64,000 bases of DNA from Candidatus Brocadiaceae bacterium (GCA_963805825.1 CAWDVO010000020.1:354792-418791); one strand, 5' to 3'. Shown: positions 28,946-38,879, counted from the first letter of the stretch. Notes: a model not told the origin generated them from the letters alone. A program made the numbers and translations.

Positions 28946-31182
28946 TCATCTCTCGTTCAGGGCGCGCCAGACGCGCTCGGGGGTGACGGGCAGCTCGGTG
29001 AACGTGACGCCGGTCGCCTGCGTGAGCGCCGAGCAGACGGCGGGCGCCACGGCGATGGCGCCGCTCTCGCCGACGCCCTTGGCGCCGAACGGGCCGGGGC
29101 CGTCGGCGTTCTCGATCAGCAGGGACTTCACCACCCCGGCGTGTCCATGCTGGTGGGGATGCGGTAGTCGAGCGCGCCCAGGTTGCGGGGCACGCCGTGC
29201 TCGTCCAGCAGCAGGTGCTCCATCATGGCGTGGCCGACGCTCATCAGCGCGCCGCCCTCGTCCTGGCCCTCGACCTGCGCGGGGTTGATGGCCTTGCCCA
29301 CGTCGGCGGCGGTGACGAGTTTCGCGACCGTGTAGCGGCCGGTCTCCGGCTCGACCTCGACCTCGGCGGCGACGAAGATAATCTCGTAGAACGGCGCCGG
29401 CCCGCCGAGCGGGTGGTCGGCGCTCTTCGGCAGGATGAACTCGCCGATGCCGATCACCTCGCCCTCGCCACGCCCGTAGCGGGCGCCGATGGCCTCGGCG
29501 TAGCTGAGCGGGCCGCGCGGCGTGCGCACTTCGCCGTCGGCCACTTCGACCTCCTCCGGCGCGCAGCCCAGTTCCTCGGCCGTCATCGCCGCGAGGCGGC
29601 GCTTGATGTCGTCGCACGCCGAGAGGATCGCGTTGCCCATGCAGACCGTCGAGCGGCTGGCCGCCGTCACCGCGTCGAACGGCACGCGGTCGGTGTCGCC
29701 GCTGACCACGCGGACGGCGTCGATCGAGATGTCGAGCGCCTGCGCGGCGATCTGCGCGAAGACGGTCCGCGAGCCCTGGCCCATCTCCGTGGTGCCGGAG
29801 AGCACGGACGCGCTGCCGTCGTGGTGCAGGCGCACGATGGCCTGCGCGCTGGCGGCCGAGCGCGTGGTCTTGATGCCGATGGCGACGCCGCGGCCGCGGT
29901 GGGGGGGCAGCGGCTCGTCCCAGCCGACCGCTTCCGCCGCCGTCCGCAGTCCCTGCGCCCAGTCGCCGTCGACAGGCGTCTCCCCGGGTATCAGCACGCC
30001 GCCCCTCGGCGGCAGGTTGCGCAGGCGTATCTCCACGCGGTCGAAGCCGAGCCGGCCGGCGGCGCGGTCCATTTGGGATTCCATCGCCCAGAGGTACTGC
30101 GGCGCGCCGAAGCCGCGGTAGGCCGTCGCCGGGATGGTGTGCGAGAAGACGGCGCGCGCGATCACGTCCAGGTTCGGCACGCCGTAGGCGCCGCAGCCGA
30201 GGTAGGCGGCCTTGCTGACGAAGCGCGAGCTGATGTCCGCGTAAGCGCCGATCAGGTAGTCGGCCCGGGCCTCGTTGAAGACGAGGCGGCCGTCCGCGCC
30301 GAAGCCCGTCCGCATCCGCACCGCGCTCGCCGCCCGCCGCCCGGCCGTGAAGGATTCCGCCAGCGACATCGCCAGCCGCACCGGCCGGCCGGTGCGCAGC
30401 GCCACGTAGCCCATCAGCGGCTCGAACTTGGGGTAGCCCTTGCCGCCGAAGGCGCCGCCCATCTCGGTCGCCACCACGCGCACCTTCGCTACCGGCAGCC
30501 CGAGCGCGCCTGCCACCACGCGCTGCAGCGGGAACGGGTGCTGCACCGTGCTCCAGACGGCCAGCCCGTCCGGCCCGTCTGGCGCGGCGATGAAGACGTG
30601 CGGCTCGATGGCGAAGTGAACCTGCATCGGGAAGCGGTAGACGTCCTCGATCACGAGGTCGGCCTCAGCCCCGGCCACGTCGCCCCATTCGTAGTGCCAC
30701 TCGTCGTAGACGTTGCTCTCGCGGAAGCGGCTGCCGGGACGCAGCGCCGGGGCCTGCACGAGCGGCGCGCCGGGGGCCAGGGCGTCCTCCAGCGTGTACA
30801 CGCCGGGCAGCTCCTCGTGCTCCACGCGCACCAGCTCCGCCGCCTCGCGCGCGGCGTCCTCGGTCTCCGCCGCCACGACCGCCACCGGCTCGCCGTAGTA
30901 GAACGTCTCGTCTGCGGCCAGCACCGGGCGGTCCCTGTCGACGGGTCCGAAGCGAGGGACGGGCTGCGGCAGCTCGGCGGCGGTGAGGACGCACGCCACG
31001 CCCCGCGCGCGCTCGGCGGCCGTCGCGTCGATGCCCAGCACGCGCGCGTGCGCCCAGGGCAGCGTCACCAGCTTCGCGTGGAGCATGCCCGGCATGCGCA
31101 GGTCGGCCGCGTAGGCCAGCCGCCCGGTCACGCGCTCCTCGGCGCCGCTGCGCCTCACCGATTGTCCGACGTATTCCCGCAT
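28946..31182 (-). pseudogene. molybdopterin-binding large subunit of xanthine dehydrogenase/CoxL/aldehyde oxidoreductase family, one frameshift near 29140
   Basis: ORF 29128..31182 (MREYVGQSVRRSGAEERVTGRLAYAADLRMPGMLHAKLV...) covers 684 aa. The C-terminus (...SLLIENADGPGPFGAKGVGESGAIAVAPAVCSALTQATGVTFTELPVTPERVWRALNER*) is in ORF 28946..29617. Confidence 0.8.
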
Positions 31183-31185
31183 GCC

Positions 31186-32401
31186 CTACGCCCCCGTCAC
31201 CTCGCTGACGATGCGGCCGAACTCCTCGTCGGTCACCAGCCCCTTCTTCTCGATGCCGAGCGCCTTGACGTGGCCGAGGATGGCCTCCTGCTGCTCGGTC
31301 GTCACCGCCGGCAGGCCGAGGTCCTCGATCTTCATGCTCACCGACGCCATGCCGCTTTTCTTGCCCAGCACGTAGGCCGGCTCGCGGCCGACCATGTGCG
31401 GGTGCAGCGCGAAGAGCACGAGCGGATGCTCCCTGACGAGGTTGACGCCCATGCCGCTCTCGCGAGTGAACGCCCGCTCGCCGACCACGGGCTTGCTCGG
31501 CGCCAGCGGGAACCCGCTGATCTCCTTCACCGCGTCGGCCAGCGCGCCCAGCTTGTCGAACTTGATCCCGCTCTCCAGGCCGTAGAGGGCCTTCGCACCG
31601 ACCGCCGCTTCCTCCAGCGGGGTGTTGCCCGCCCGCTCGCCGAGCCCGCAAACGCTGGCGTGGATGACCTCCGCGCCGGCCGCCACGGCCGCCAGCGAGA
31701 CGGCCACGCTCATGCCGAAGTCGCTGTGCGTGTGGATCTCCAGCGGCTTGCCCGTGATCTCCTTCATACGCCGGATCAGGAACTCGGTCGCCTGCGTGGT
31801 CAGGCTGCCGGTGGTGTCCACCAGGCCGATGCTGTCCACCTCCGGCAGCACGCCGACCTCCTCCATGAGGCGCCAAAAGAACTCGTGCCGCGCGCGGGTG
31901 CAGTCCATCGGGAACAGGACGACCTCCAGGCCCTTGTCCTTCGCGTACTTCGTTGCAGCGGTCGGCGATCTCGACGATGTCGTTCTCGCTCCACTTGGCG
32001 AACTGGTAGCGCATGCGCGGCTCGCCCATCGGGAACTCGAGGATGATGCCGTCCACGCCGCAGTCGAGCGCCAGGTTGATGTCGGCCTCGGTCGCGCGCG
32101 AGAAGACGAACACCCGTGCCTTCGGCCGCATCTCGGTCACGGCCTTCGTGGCGCGCACGTCCTCGTCGCTGACGGCCGGCATCGAGACCTCGATGCGGTC
32201 CACGCCGGCCTCGTCGAGCATCCTCGCGATGCGGACCTTCTCCTCGGCGCGGAAGGCCACGCCCGGCGTCTGCTCGCCGTCGCGCAGGGTCACGTCATGG
32301 AACCGCAGTCGCTCCGGCAGCCGCAGCCCCTCGCGCGCCTCGGGCGAGAAGTTGAAGGAGCTGACCCAGTAGTCGTCGTTCTTGTAGAGGCTCTCGTCCA
32401 T
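31186..32401 (-). pseudogene. HMGL-like (pyruvate carboxyltransferase domain) protein of the isopropylmalate/homocitrate synthase-aldolase family, one frameshift near 31930-31960
   Basis: ATG 32401 gives MDESLYKNDDYW...RFHDVTLRDGEQTPGVAF...(ORF 30665..32503). It continues in ORF 31186..31908 (...HTHSDFGMSVAVSLAAVAAGAEVIHASVCGLGERAGNTPLEE...). The stop lies 3 nt before the start of 28946..31182. Confidence 0.7.
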
Positions 32402-32450
32402 GGTGTCTCCTGATGCTGCGCTGTCGACCTCGCTCACGGTCGCCGGGCCT

Positions 32451-32835
32451 GTCCGCCGGAGGCGGACAAGAATGCAGCCTGGGGTGCCGACCGGCCCGTC
32501 CACCGTAAGGCGGGCGGGACGGACAAACCCCAGGTAACCATGCGGCTACGTAGTGCGCCCTGTAGGGGCGCCACCACCGTCCTCCATGTGCAGCGGTCGC
32601 GCCCCTTCAGGGCGCGGAACGTGCTGCTGACGCATACCTGGGGTTTGGTCGCCTTCGGCGCCCTGCACCCCAGGCTGTATCCTTTCGCTGCTTCGCAGCT
32701 ACAGCGGCCCGGCCGCGCTGCGACGCCGGCTCCGAACCGGATCTCTTCACCGCTTCGCTGCTATAGTGGCCCGACCACACTGCAGTGCCGACCCCAGGCT
32801 ATACCCTATGGCCGCTTCCCAGCTACAGCGGCCCT
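32451..32835. repeat. ~260-bp composite palindromic intergenic repeat, copy C, with extra duplicated tail modules
   Basis: In order: GTCCGCCGGAGGCGGAC hairpin, GCAGCCTGGGGTGCC, GGGACGGACAAACCCCAGGTAACC, GCGCCCTGTAGGGGCGCC ... GTCGCGCCCCTTCAGGGCGC, TACCTGGGGTTTGG, CACCCCAGGCTGTATCC and GCTGCTTCGCAGC. Additional partial tail copies follow (CGCTTCGCTGCTATAGTGGCC; CCCCAGGCTATACCC..CCCAGCTACAGCGGCC). Confidence 0.8.
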
Positions 32836-32878
32836 ACCACACGGCAATGCGGGCCGCAAGCCTCACTGGCAGAGCAGC

Positions 32879-33643
32879 CTAACCCGTCTCCTCAACGATG
32901 GCCACCGCGCGCGTCCAGCCGGCGGAGGCGTTCTCGAACTTGACCGGGAACGCGCAGACCGTGAAGCCGGTCGGGGCCGGCAACTGGTCCAGGTTCGCCA
33001 TCTTCTCTATCTGCAGGTATTCGCGCTCGCGGCCGTAGAGGTGCGAGGGCCAGAGGGCGTTGCAGTCGCCGGCGCGGTAGCTCTCGCCCATCGCCGCCGC
33101 CGGCCGGTCCAGGCCCCAGGCGTCGATGCCGATCACGCGCACGCCGCGGTCGAGTATCCACTTCGTGGCGGCCAATCCGAGGCCGGGCTGACGGGCGAGG
33201 TACTCCGGCGTGTCCCAGAACTTGTCCGCCCCGGTCTGGATCAGGACGATGTCCCCGGCCTGCAGCTCGTGGCCGATCTTCTCCAGCGCGCCCTCAACGT
33301 CCTCGACCGTGATTTCGGAGCCCGGCTCCTTGTGGCGCATGTCGAGCACCACGCCCGGCCCGTAGCACCACTCCAGCGGCACCCGGTCGATGGTGCGCGC
33401 GGGCCGGCCCTCGCTGGTGGGGCCGTAGTGCCAGGGCGCGTCGACGTGCGTGCCGCTGTGCGCCGAGCCGCTGATCTGGTCGGAGGCGAGGGCCAGGCCG
33501 TCCTTGAAGTCGGAGGCCGCCACGCCGGCCAGGCGCGAGAGGCGGCGGGCGCCCTCGCGGTGGTCCGTGTGCGCGAGCGTGGGCGGATACGGCTCGCTGG
33601 CGAAGTTCTGGTGCGGCAGGCTCAGGTCAATGATCCGGGGCAT
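32879..33643 (-). CDS. cyclase family protein (kynurenine/aryl formamidase-like, PF04199-type)
   Basis: Intact 254-aa ORF. It has the HSGTHVDAPWH motif and VRVIGIDAWGLD. Its start overlaps the upstream 2Fe-2S gene by 17 nt. Confidence 0.8.
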   Translation of the reverse strand: MPRIIDLSLPHQNFASEPYPPTLAHTDHREGARRLSRLAGVAASDFKDGLALASDQISGSAHSGTHVDAPWHYGPTSEGRPARTIDRVPLEWCYGPGVVLDMRHKEPGSEITVEDVEGALEKIGHELQAGDIVLIQTGADKFWDTPEYLARQPGLGLAATKWILDRGVRVIGIDAWGLDRPAAAMGESYRAGDCNALWPSHLYGREREYLQIEKMANLDQLPAPTGFTVCAFPVKFENASAGWTRAVAIVEETG

Positions 33644-34121
33644 CGGGGGTCCCTTCCAGGCGTTCGGCCGCGTCCAGCACGGCCGCTATGATGCGGGTGT
33701 AGCCGGTGCAGCGGCAGAGGTTGCCGCAGAGCGCCTCCGCGACCTCGTCGGTCGTGGGGCGGGGGGTCGCCATGAGCAACGCTTTCGCGGACATAATCAT
33801 GCCGGGCGTGCAGAATCCGCACTGGACGGCGCCGGCGTCGATGAAGGCCTGCTGGAGGACGTCTAACTGTCCGTCGGGCGCCAGACCCTCGATGGTCAGC
33901 ACCTCGCAGCCGTCGGCTTCGGCCGCCAGCATCAGACAGGAGTTGACGGCGCGGCCGTCGACGATGACGGTGCAGGCCCCGCACTCGCCCTCGCCGCAGC
34001 TCTCCTTGGCACCGGTCAGCAGCAGGCGGTCGCGCAGCAGCTTGAGGAGCGTCTCCTGCGGCGCGACCTCCAGCGCGTGCTCGCGGCCGTTGACGGTGAT
34101 CGTGACGGGGATCGGGTTCAT
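33627..34121 (-). CDS. (2Fe-2S)-binding small subunit (CoxS-like) of xanthine dehydrogenase family enzyme
   Basis: Intact 164-aa ORF with CGEGECGACTV and QCGFCTPGMI...CRCTGY. It has a 4-nt overlap with the upstream FAD subunit gene. Confidence 0.9.
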   Translation of the reverse strand: MNPIPVTITVNGREHALEVAPQETLLKLLRDRLLLTGAKESCGEGECGACTVIVDGRAVNSCLMLAAEADGCEVLTIEGLAPDGQLDVLQQAFIDAGAVQCGFCTPGMIMSAKALLMATPRPTTDEVAEALCGNLCRCTGYTRIIAAVLDAAERLEGTPDAPDH

Positions 34122-34945
34122 ACGGCCCCTTTCCGGCGCCCGAGGGCTGCCGCCAGCGTACGCCGCATCAGGACGAGGACCATCGCGCGGCGGTAGTCGG
34201 CGCCGGCGCGGATGTCGGTGATGGGCTGCGCCCGGGCGGCCAGGCTCTCCAGGGCGGCGTCCGAGGTGTCCTCCGTCTCGACCAGCATCGGCGTCGGGCC
34301 GACCGCGCCGAAGGCGAAGAGCGCGCGGCCGTCCGGCAGGGCCAGGCAGGCGACGCTGACGGAGGCCAGGTCCATGCCGCGCCGGCGGGCTATGCGCTCG
34401 AAGGCGGAGCCGGCGCCGTCGGCGGGGTAGGGCACCTCGACCGACTCGACGATCTCGCCCGGCGTGAGGGCCGTCCGGCCGGGACCGACGAAGAACTCCG
34501 CGACGGGCAGCGTCCGACGGCCGGCCCGCCCGACGATGGCGACGCGCGCGCCGTAGACGAGGAGCGGCGGGGCGGTATCGGCGGCGGGGGAGGCGTTGCA
34601 GATGTTGCCGGCCAGCGTGGCGCGGTTGCGTATCTGCGTCGAGCCGATCGAGCGAGCGGCCTCGCGCAACGCGGGCAGGCGTTCGGCGATGCTCGGGTCG
34701 CTCACCAGGTCGCTCAGTGTCGTGAGCGCCCCTATTCGGACGCTGCTCGGCCCGTGCTCGGCCCGGGCGCTCAGATCGGCGACGCGTTTGAGGTCGACTA
34801 CCGTCCCCGGCGCGCGCACGCCTTTGTCCATCTGGACCAGCAGATCCGTGCCGCCGGCCAGCGGTGCGGCGCCGTCGCCGAGCGCGGCCAGCAGGCCGAG
34901 AACCTCATCGAGCGAACGGGGTCGGGTGTAGTCGAAGGCTTTCAT
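34118..34945 (-). CDS. FAD-binding medium subunit (CoxM-like) of xanthine dehydrogenase family enzyme
   Basis: ATG 34945 gives MKAFDYTRPRSLDEVLGLLA...APLAGGTDLLVQMD...IRNRATLAGNICNASPAADT, the FAD-binding PCMH-type pattern. The longer track ORF (to 35140) is unsupported upstream. Confidence 0.85.
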   Translation of the reverse strand: MKAFDYTRPRSLDEVLGLLAALGDGAAPLAGGTDLLVQMDKGVRAPGTVVDLKRVADLSARAEHGPSSVRIGALTTLSDLVSDPSIAERLPALREAARSIGSTQIRNRATLAGNICNASPAADTAPPLLVYGARVAIVGRAGRRTLPVAEFFVGPGRTALTPGEIVESVEVPYPADGAGSAFERIARRRGMDLASVSVACLALPDGRALFAFGAVGPTPMLVETEDTSDAALESLAARAQPITDIRAGADYRRAMVLVLMRRTLAAALGRRKGAV

Positions 34946-34985
34946 GGTCCGGGCGCCGGTAGAGGGCTGGCGGGCGACAGCCCGC

Positions 34986-35014
34986 ATGGTAGCAGAGGGT
35001 TCGCAGGGAAGCAA
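34986..35014 (-). promoter_or_regulatory. sigma70-like promoter candidate TTGCTT-N17-TACCAT for the CoxMS... operon
   Basis: On the minus strand, TTGCTT is at 35014-35009 and TACCAT at 34991-34986, about 40 nt upstream of ATG 34945. Confidence 0.4.
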
Positions 35015-35053
35015 GCCACCGGGCGGCGACCGCCCGTCAGCGAGGAGTCTGCG

Positions 35054-35146
35054 CGTGTGCCACGGCCGGCTTGCCCGGCCGTGCCCCCGGCGCGTCCGCA
35101 ACCTCGTGCGGGGCACTGCGGGGCAAGCCCGCAGTGGCACGCCGGA
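35054..35146. repeat. short palindromic repeat family 3, copy 2 (two inverted arms)
   Basis: GTGTGCCACGGCCGGCTTGCCCGGCCGTGCCCC ... GCGGGGCACTGCGGGGCAAGCCCGCAGTGGCACGCCGGAC. The arms are mutually complementary and match 18105-18183. Confidence 0.55.
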
Positions 35147-35162
35147 CGTTGTGCCGGTCCGC

Positions 35163-35191
35163 TTGAAGTCGGCCCGCGGACCGGGTAAACT
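35163..35191 (+). promoter_or_regulatory. sigma70-like promoter candidate TTGAAG-N17-TAAACT
   Basis: TTGAAG is at 35163-35168 and TAAACT at 35186-35191, 29 nt upstream of ATG 35221. Confidence 0.35.
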
Positions 35192-35220
35192 TGTATAGTG
35201 TGGCGACGAAGAAGCAGATC

Positions 35221-35737
35221 ATGGCGAACCGGCGCAACGGGCGAAGGGGTGGGCCGAAGACGGCGGAGGGGAAGGCCGTCAGCCGCCTCAACGCGCGTAA
35301 GCACGGCGTGCTCACGACCTTGCCTGTGGACGAGGATCTGGCAGAACTGCGCGAGATCTACGAGGGGTTCGCCGAGGACGCGCGGCCGGTGGGTGCGGGG
35401 GAGGAGTTCCTGATCGGCGAGCTGGCCCGCGTGTCACCTGGCCCAGCGGCGCTGTGCGAGGGCCGAGGCCGAGCACTACCGGCGCTCGGCCGAGAAAGGC
35501 ACCCGGTTCAGTGACGCGTTCGGGCGCTCGACCGAGACGTTCGGCCGTTACGACCGCACGCTCGCCAACCGGTTCGTCCGGCTGCTGCACGAAGTGGAGC
35601 GGCTGCAGGACCTCCGACGGAGCCGGGCTTCGACCCTCAGAACGATGCAGAGCGTTTGCGCGTCCTGTCATTCCGAGGCGCTTCTCCTTGGCGCCGAGGA
35701 ATCTCAATCGCACGATCGCCGACGGTCGCGGCATTGA
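35221..35737 (+). pseudogene. small basic hypothetical protein (MANRRNGRRGGPKTAEGKAVSRLNARKHG... type), one frameshift near 35435; 3' end runs into MITE copy 3
   Basis: ATG 35221 lies inside track ORF 35191..35514 (TTG start). After ...EEFLIGELARV a plausible continuation (..LAQRRCARAEAEHYRRSAEKGTRFSDAFGRSTETFGRYDRTLANRFVRLLHEVERLQDLRR...) lies in another frame. Its first stop (35735-35737) is inside the repeat element. Confidence 0.4.
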
Positions 35738-35774
35738 GATCCCTCGGCCGCCCTGAGGCGGCCTCGGGATGACA
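35666..35774. repeat. ~110-bp TIR-bounded MITE-like palindromic element, copy 3
   Basis: The element reads TGTCATTCCGAGGCGCTTCTCCTTGGCGCCGAGGAATCTC ... GAGATCCCTCGGCCGCCCTGAGGCGGCCTCGGGATGACA. It has the same orientation and architecture as copy 2. Confidence 0.85.
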
Positions 35775-35865
35775 GGCCTATGGGAGTCGGCAATGGCACT
35801 GTAGGGTGAGCAGGGCGAGACACTCACTTTGGCCAAACGAACCCAATCGCCCGCAGCCCGCCGCG

Positions 35866-35906
35866 CCGCAAAGGGTTAGGACGCAGAAGCGCCCGTCCCT
35901 TTGCGG
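35866..35906 (-). terminator. hairpin downstream of the 35930..38783 stop (candidate terminator)
   Basis: CCGCAAAGGG (35866-35875) pairs with CCCTTTGCGG (35897-35906): a 10-bp stem with a 21-nt loop that has further partial pairing. There is no U-tract. Confidence 0.3.
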
Positions 35907-35929
35907 CCGGCGTGTTCAGAGACCCGTCG

Positions 35930-38783
35930 TCACTTCGAGTAGGTCACCAGGTAGTAGGGCGTCTTGTCGCGGGAGCCGTCGATCGTGAACTGGCCGTTCT
36001 CGATGGGCAGCGTGCGGTCGGTCATGGAGCCGTCCTGGCCGAGCACGTGGACGGTGGCCTGGCCGGGACGGTCGATCTTGATGGTCGCCTTGACCGGTTC
36101 CATGACGACGGGCGGCTTGCCGCGGTCGAGGATGCGGCTGTCCTGGAAGATCTTCTCGCCCGTGTTGCGGGCGCGGGCGATGGCCACGACCAGCAGGCCC
36201 TTGCCGGTGGCGATGTCGTCGGTCGGGGCCTGCGCGGTGACGTAGATGGCGCCGAAGCGGCTCTGCGGCGAGATGGTCACCTCGCCGAGTTTTGCCGTCT
36301 GCCCCTCGGCGAAGCCGACCACGGCCTTCGTCGCCGGCGTGTTGATCGTGAAGGAGCCGTCCAGCTTGGACTGGCCGGCCTTCCAGACGAGCTGGCCGGT
36401 CGAGGACGTGTAGGTGTCGTCCTTCAACATAAGGGGTAAGGTCGAACTTCGGCGTGGGGCGGTAGGTGTCCGTGAACTCCACGCCGCAACGGGCCACGGC
36501 CAGCGCGGCCGAAGGGACGGTGTCGCTCTCGAACGTCTTGACGTCGTAGTCCTGTTTGGTCTCGTCGGTGCTGCCGAGCTTGCCCTCGAAGAGCGAGGGG
36601 ACGTGGACGTAGATCGGGGCGAGGACCTTGGACTCCGCCACGTCGCCGCGCAGCACCTGCCGTGAGACGGCCGGGAAGACGCCCATGACCTGCGGGGCGG
36701 TGACGTCCCACTGGTCGCGGCCGATGCGGTTGCTGAAGCCGCCGCTGTCGCCGTTCTGGAACATGAAGGTGACGTCCCAGCCGTTCAGGCCGTCGCCGTA
36801 GGCGCCGACGATGGCCGGGTCCTCGACGCCCCATTCGTTGGGGTAGACGTGGATCCACTCGGAGAGCATGAACGGGTGGGCGAGCGCCTGCTGCAGGCCG
36901 GTGCTGAGGGTGCCGGAGCCGGGTACGCGCAGCATGGTGGCGTTGTTGATGGTGGAGCCGTTGCCGCCGCCGAAGTAGTTGTGCCGGTCGACGGTGCCGA
37001 CCAGGTAGTCGGAGTGCAGGTTGGCGTAGTGGCTATACATGCGCCCCGCCTGCCAGTTGGAACCGGTGACCTCGCCGTCGTAGCCGGCCTTGCGCAGGGC
37101 GTCGACGTAGCGGGCGTAGGTCTCGTTCTGCAACTCGTAGAGGAAGTGCATGGAATCGAGAAGCCGCTGGCGGCGGAACGCCTGGGAGGTGTCCAGGTTG
37201 GTCGGGTCCCAGTACCACGGGGCGCCGAGGGGCAGGATGTTGCGCTTGTCGAGGCTCTCGCCGACGGGCTTGAAGCCTTCGTACTCGAAGCTGTCGAACG
37301 CCTTCTCGCCCCAGGCCTTCACCAGCGCCTCCTGGGAGCCGTACTTCTTCTTCAGCCAGTCGCTGAAGCGCTCGGCCGTCACCTTGGCCAGCGTAGGGCT
37401 CTGCTTCAGCGGCGACATCGAGCTGTGGAACAGGATGCTGCTCTCGTTGACGCACTCGATGAAGGCGATGGTCGGGTCCTCGGCGTAGGTCAGGCCCGTG
37501 TACGGGTTGCGGTGCTTGAGCAGGTTTGTGATCTGGTTGATGGCGAGCTGCTGGATTTCGGGGGAGTAGTAGAGCGTGCTGTTGCCGCCGCCGACACGGT
37601 TGTTCCTGTCGGTGAACTGGCCGAACTCCGCCGCGTAGGGGACGACGCTCACGTCCTTCGGGCCGATCTTGATCGTGCCGAAGGCCTGGGAGAGTTCGAT
37701 GTAGATGCCGGCCTTCTTGAACTGGGCGATCTGGTAGTCGAAGCGGTCGAGCGAGGCCGGGTCGAACTCCTGCACGCTGTCCTTGGTCTGGATGCCGGAC
37801 CAGCCGCTGCCGTCGCACCACTTGTGCAGGCGCACGGCGTTGACGCCGAAGCGCGGGTAGAAGGCGGCGCGCAGGTCGGCGACCTTCGGGTCGGGGAAGG
37901 CGTTGCCATAGCAGAGGTTCAGGCCCCAGAGCTTGATGGGCTTGCCGTTGTAGATGAGGTCCTCGCCCTTGCGCTCGATGCGGCCGTGCTTGCCGGCGGG
38001 CTTCTCGATCCAGTTGTCCATGCTCAGCTCGCTCGGGCGCGAGTAGTCGTTGCCGGGCGTGAAGGTGTACCACTCGTCCTCCCCGGCGGCCTCGGGCACC
38101 TGCTGAGCGTCGGTGTAATACTTGAGCGATTCCGGGAAGTCGATGGCAACGGCGGCCTGCACGGGCTTGCCGGGGGCCAGATTGGTGGCCAGGACGATGC
38201 GGGCGTCGCCGTCGGAGTCTATGTCCAGGGCAGGGGAGAACTTGAAGGTGGTCTTGCGCCCCTCGCTGTCGACCAGGACGAATTGCTTCACCTGCTTGCC
38301 CAGGCCCTTGCGCTCCAGCGGGGAGTCGACGGTGTCCGTGCTGCCGTCCGCGTGGGTGACCAGGAACTTGGCGTCCTGCAGCGCGGCGGACTTCAGGCTG
38401 AGGCTGGCGATGATGTAGGCCGGGCCCGTGTCCTTGTCGCTGCTGAGCGATATCTGGAGGCCGAGTTCCTTCGGGCCGGTCTGGAGCGTCTGGGTCTGGA
38501 GCGTCACCTCCGCCTTCGTCGCCTGCGTCTTCGCGGTGGTGGTGGCGAGGCTCTTCCCATTCTCCGCCTCCGTCTTGCCGCTGAAGCCGAGGAACGACCA
38601 CTGCGGCGCCCAGCCCATGAAGCCGACTTCCAGGTACGCCCCGTCGCTGCGGGCAACCGTGATCAGGTTCGCAGCCTGCGGGAACGCGACGAAGGACGCG
38701 GTCTGCGCCAGGCAGGGACGCCCGGCGATGCCGCACGCGAGGGCCAACACCACGGCAACCGCCAGCCACGCTGCTCTTCCCAT
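35930..38783 (-). pseudogene. secreted clan GH-A (TIM-barrel) glycoside hydrolase paralog, one frameshift near 36430
   Basis: ATG 38783 (GAGGTG 6 nt upstream) gives the signal peptide MGRAAWLAVAVVLALACGIAG. The segments GVNAVRLHKW, NPYTGLTYAEDPTIAFIECVNESSILF and KKKYGSQEALVKAWG are present. The C-terminal beta domain is in ORF 35930..36430 and ends ...FTIDGSRDKTPYYLVTYSK*. Confidence 0.7.
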
Positions 38784-38879
38784 CTCTCGCACCTCTGTTG
38801 GGGGACAAGACCCTCAAGGGTACCAGGGCGTGCGCGGAAGTCAAACGCAGACGAGACGGGCGGGGGGGAAGCGGAGGGG

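Noticed and set aside
28767-28949. Short ORFs spanning the palindromic elements (28767..28949, 24136..24432, 35454..35756, 17846..18532, 25801..26106, 32540..33691)
   Set aside because: Their similar peptide strings (VIPRR..LAPRNL, APCRGAT, PGYIL.RLRR) come from translating repeated DNA in either orientation. The elements occur inverted, which is incompatible with a conserved protein.
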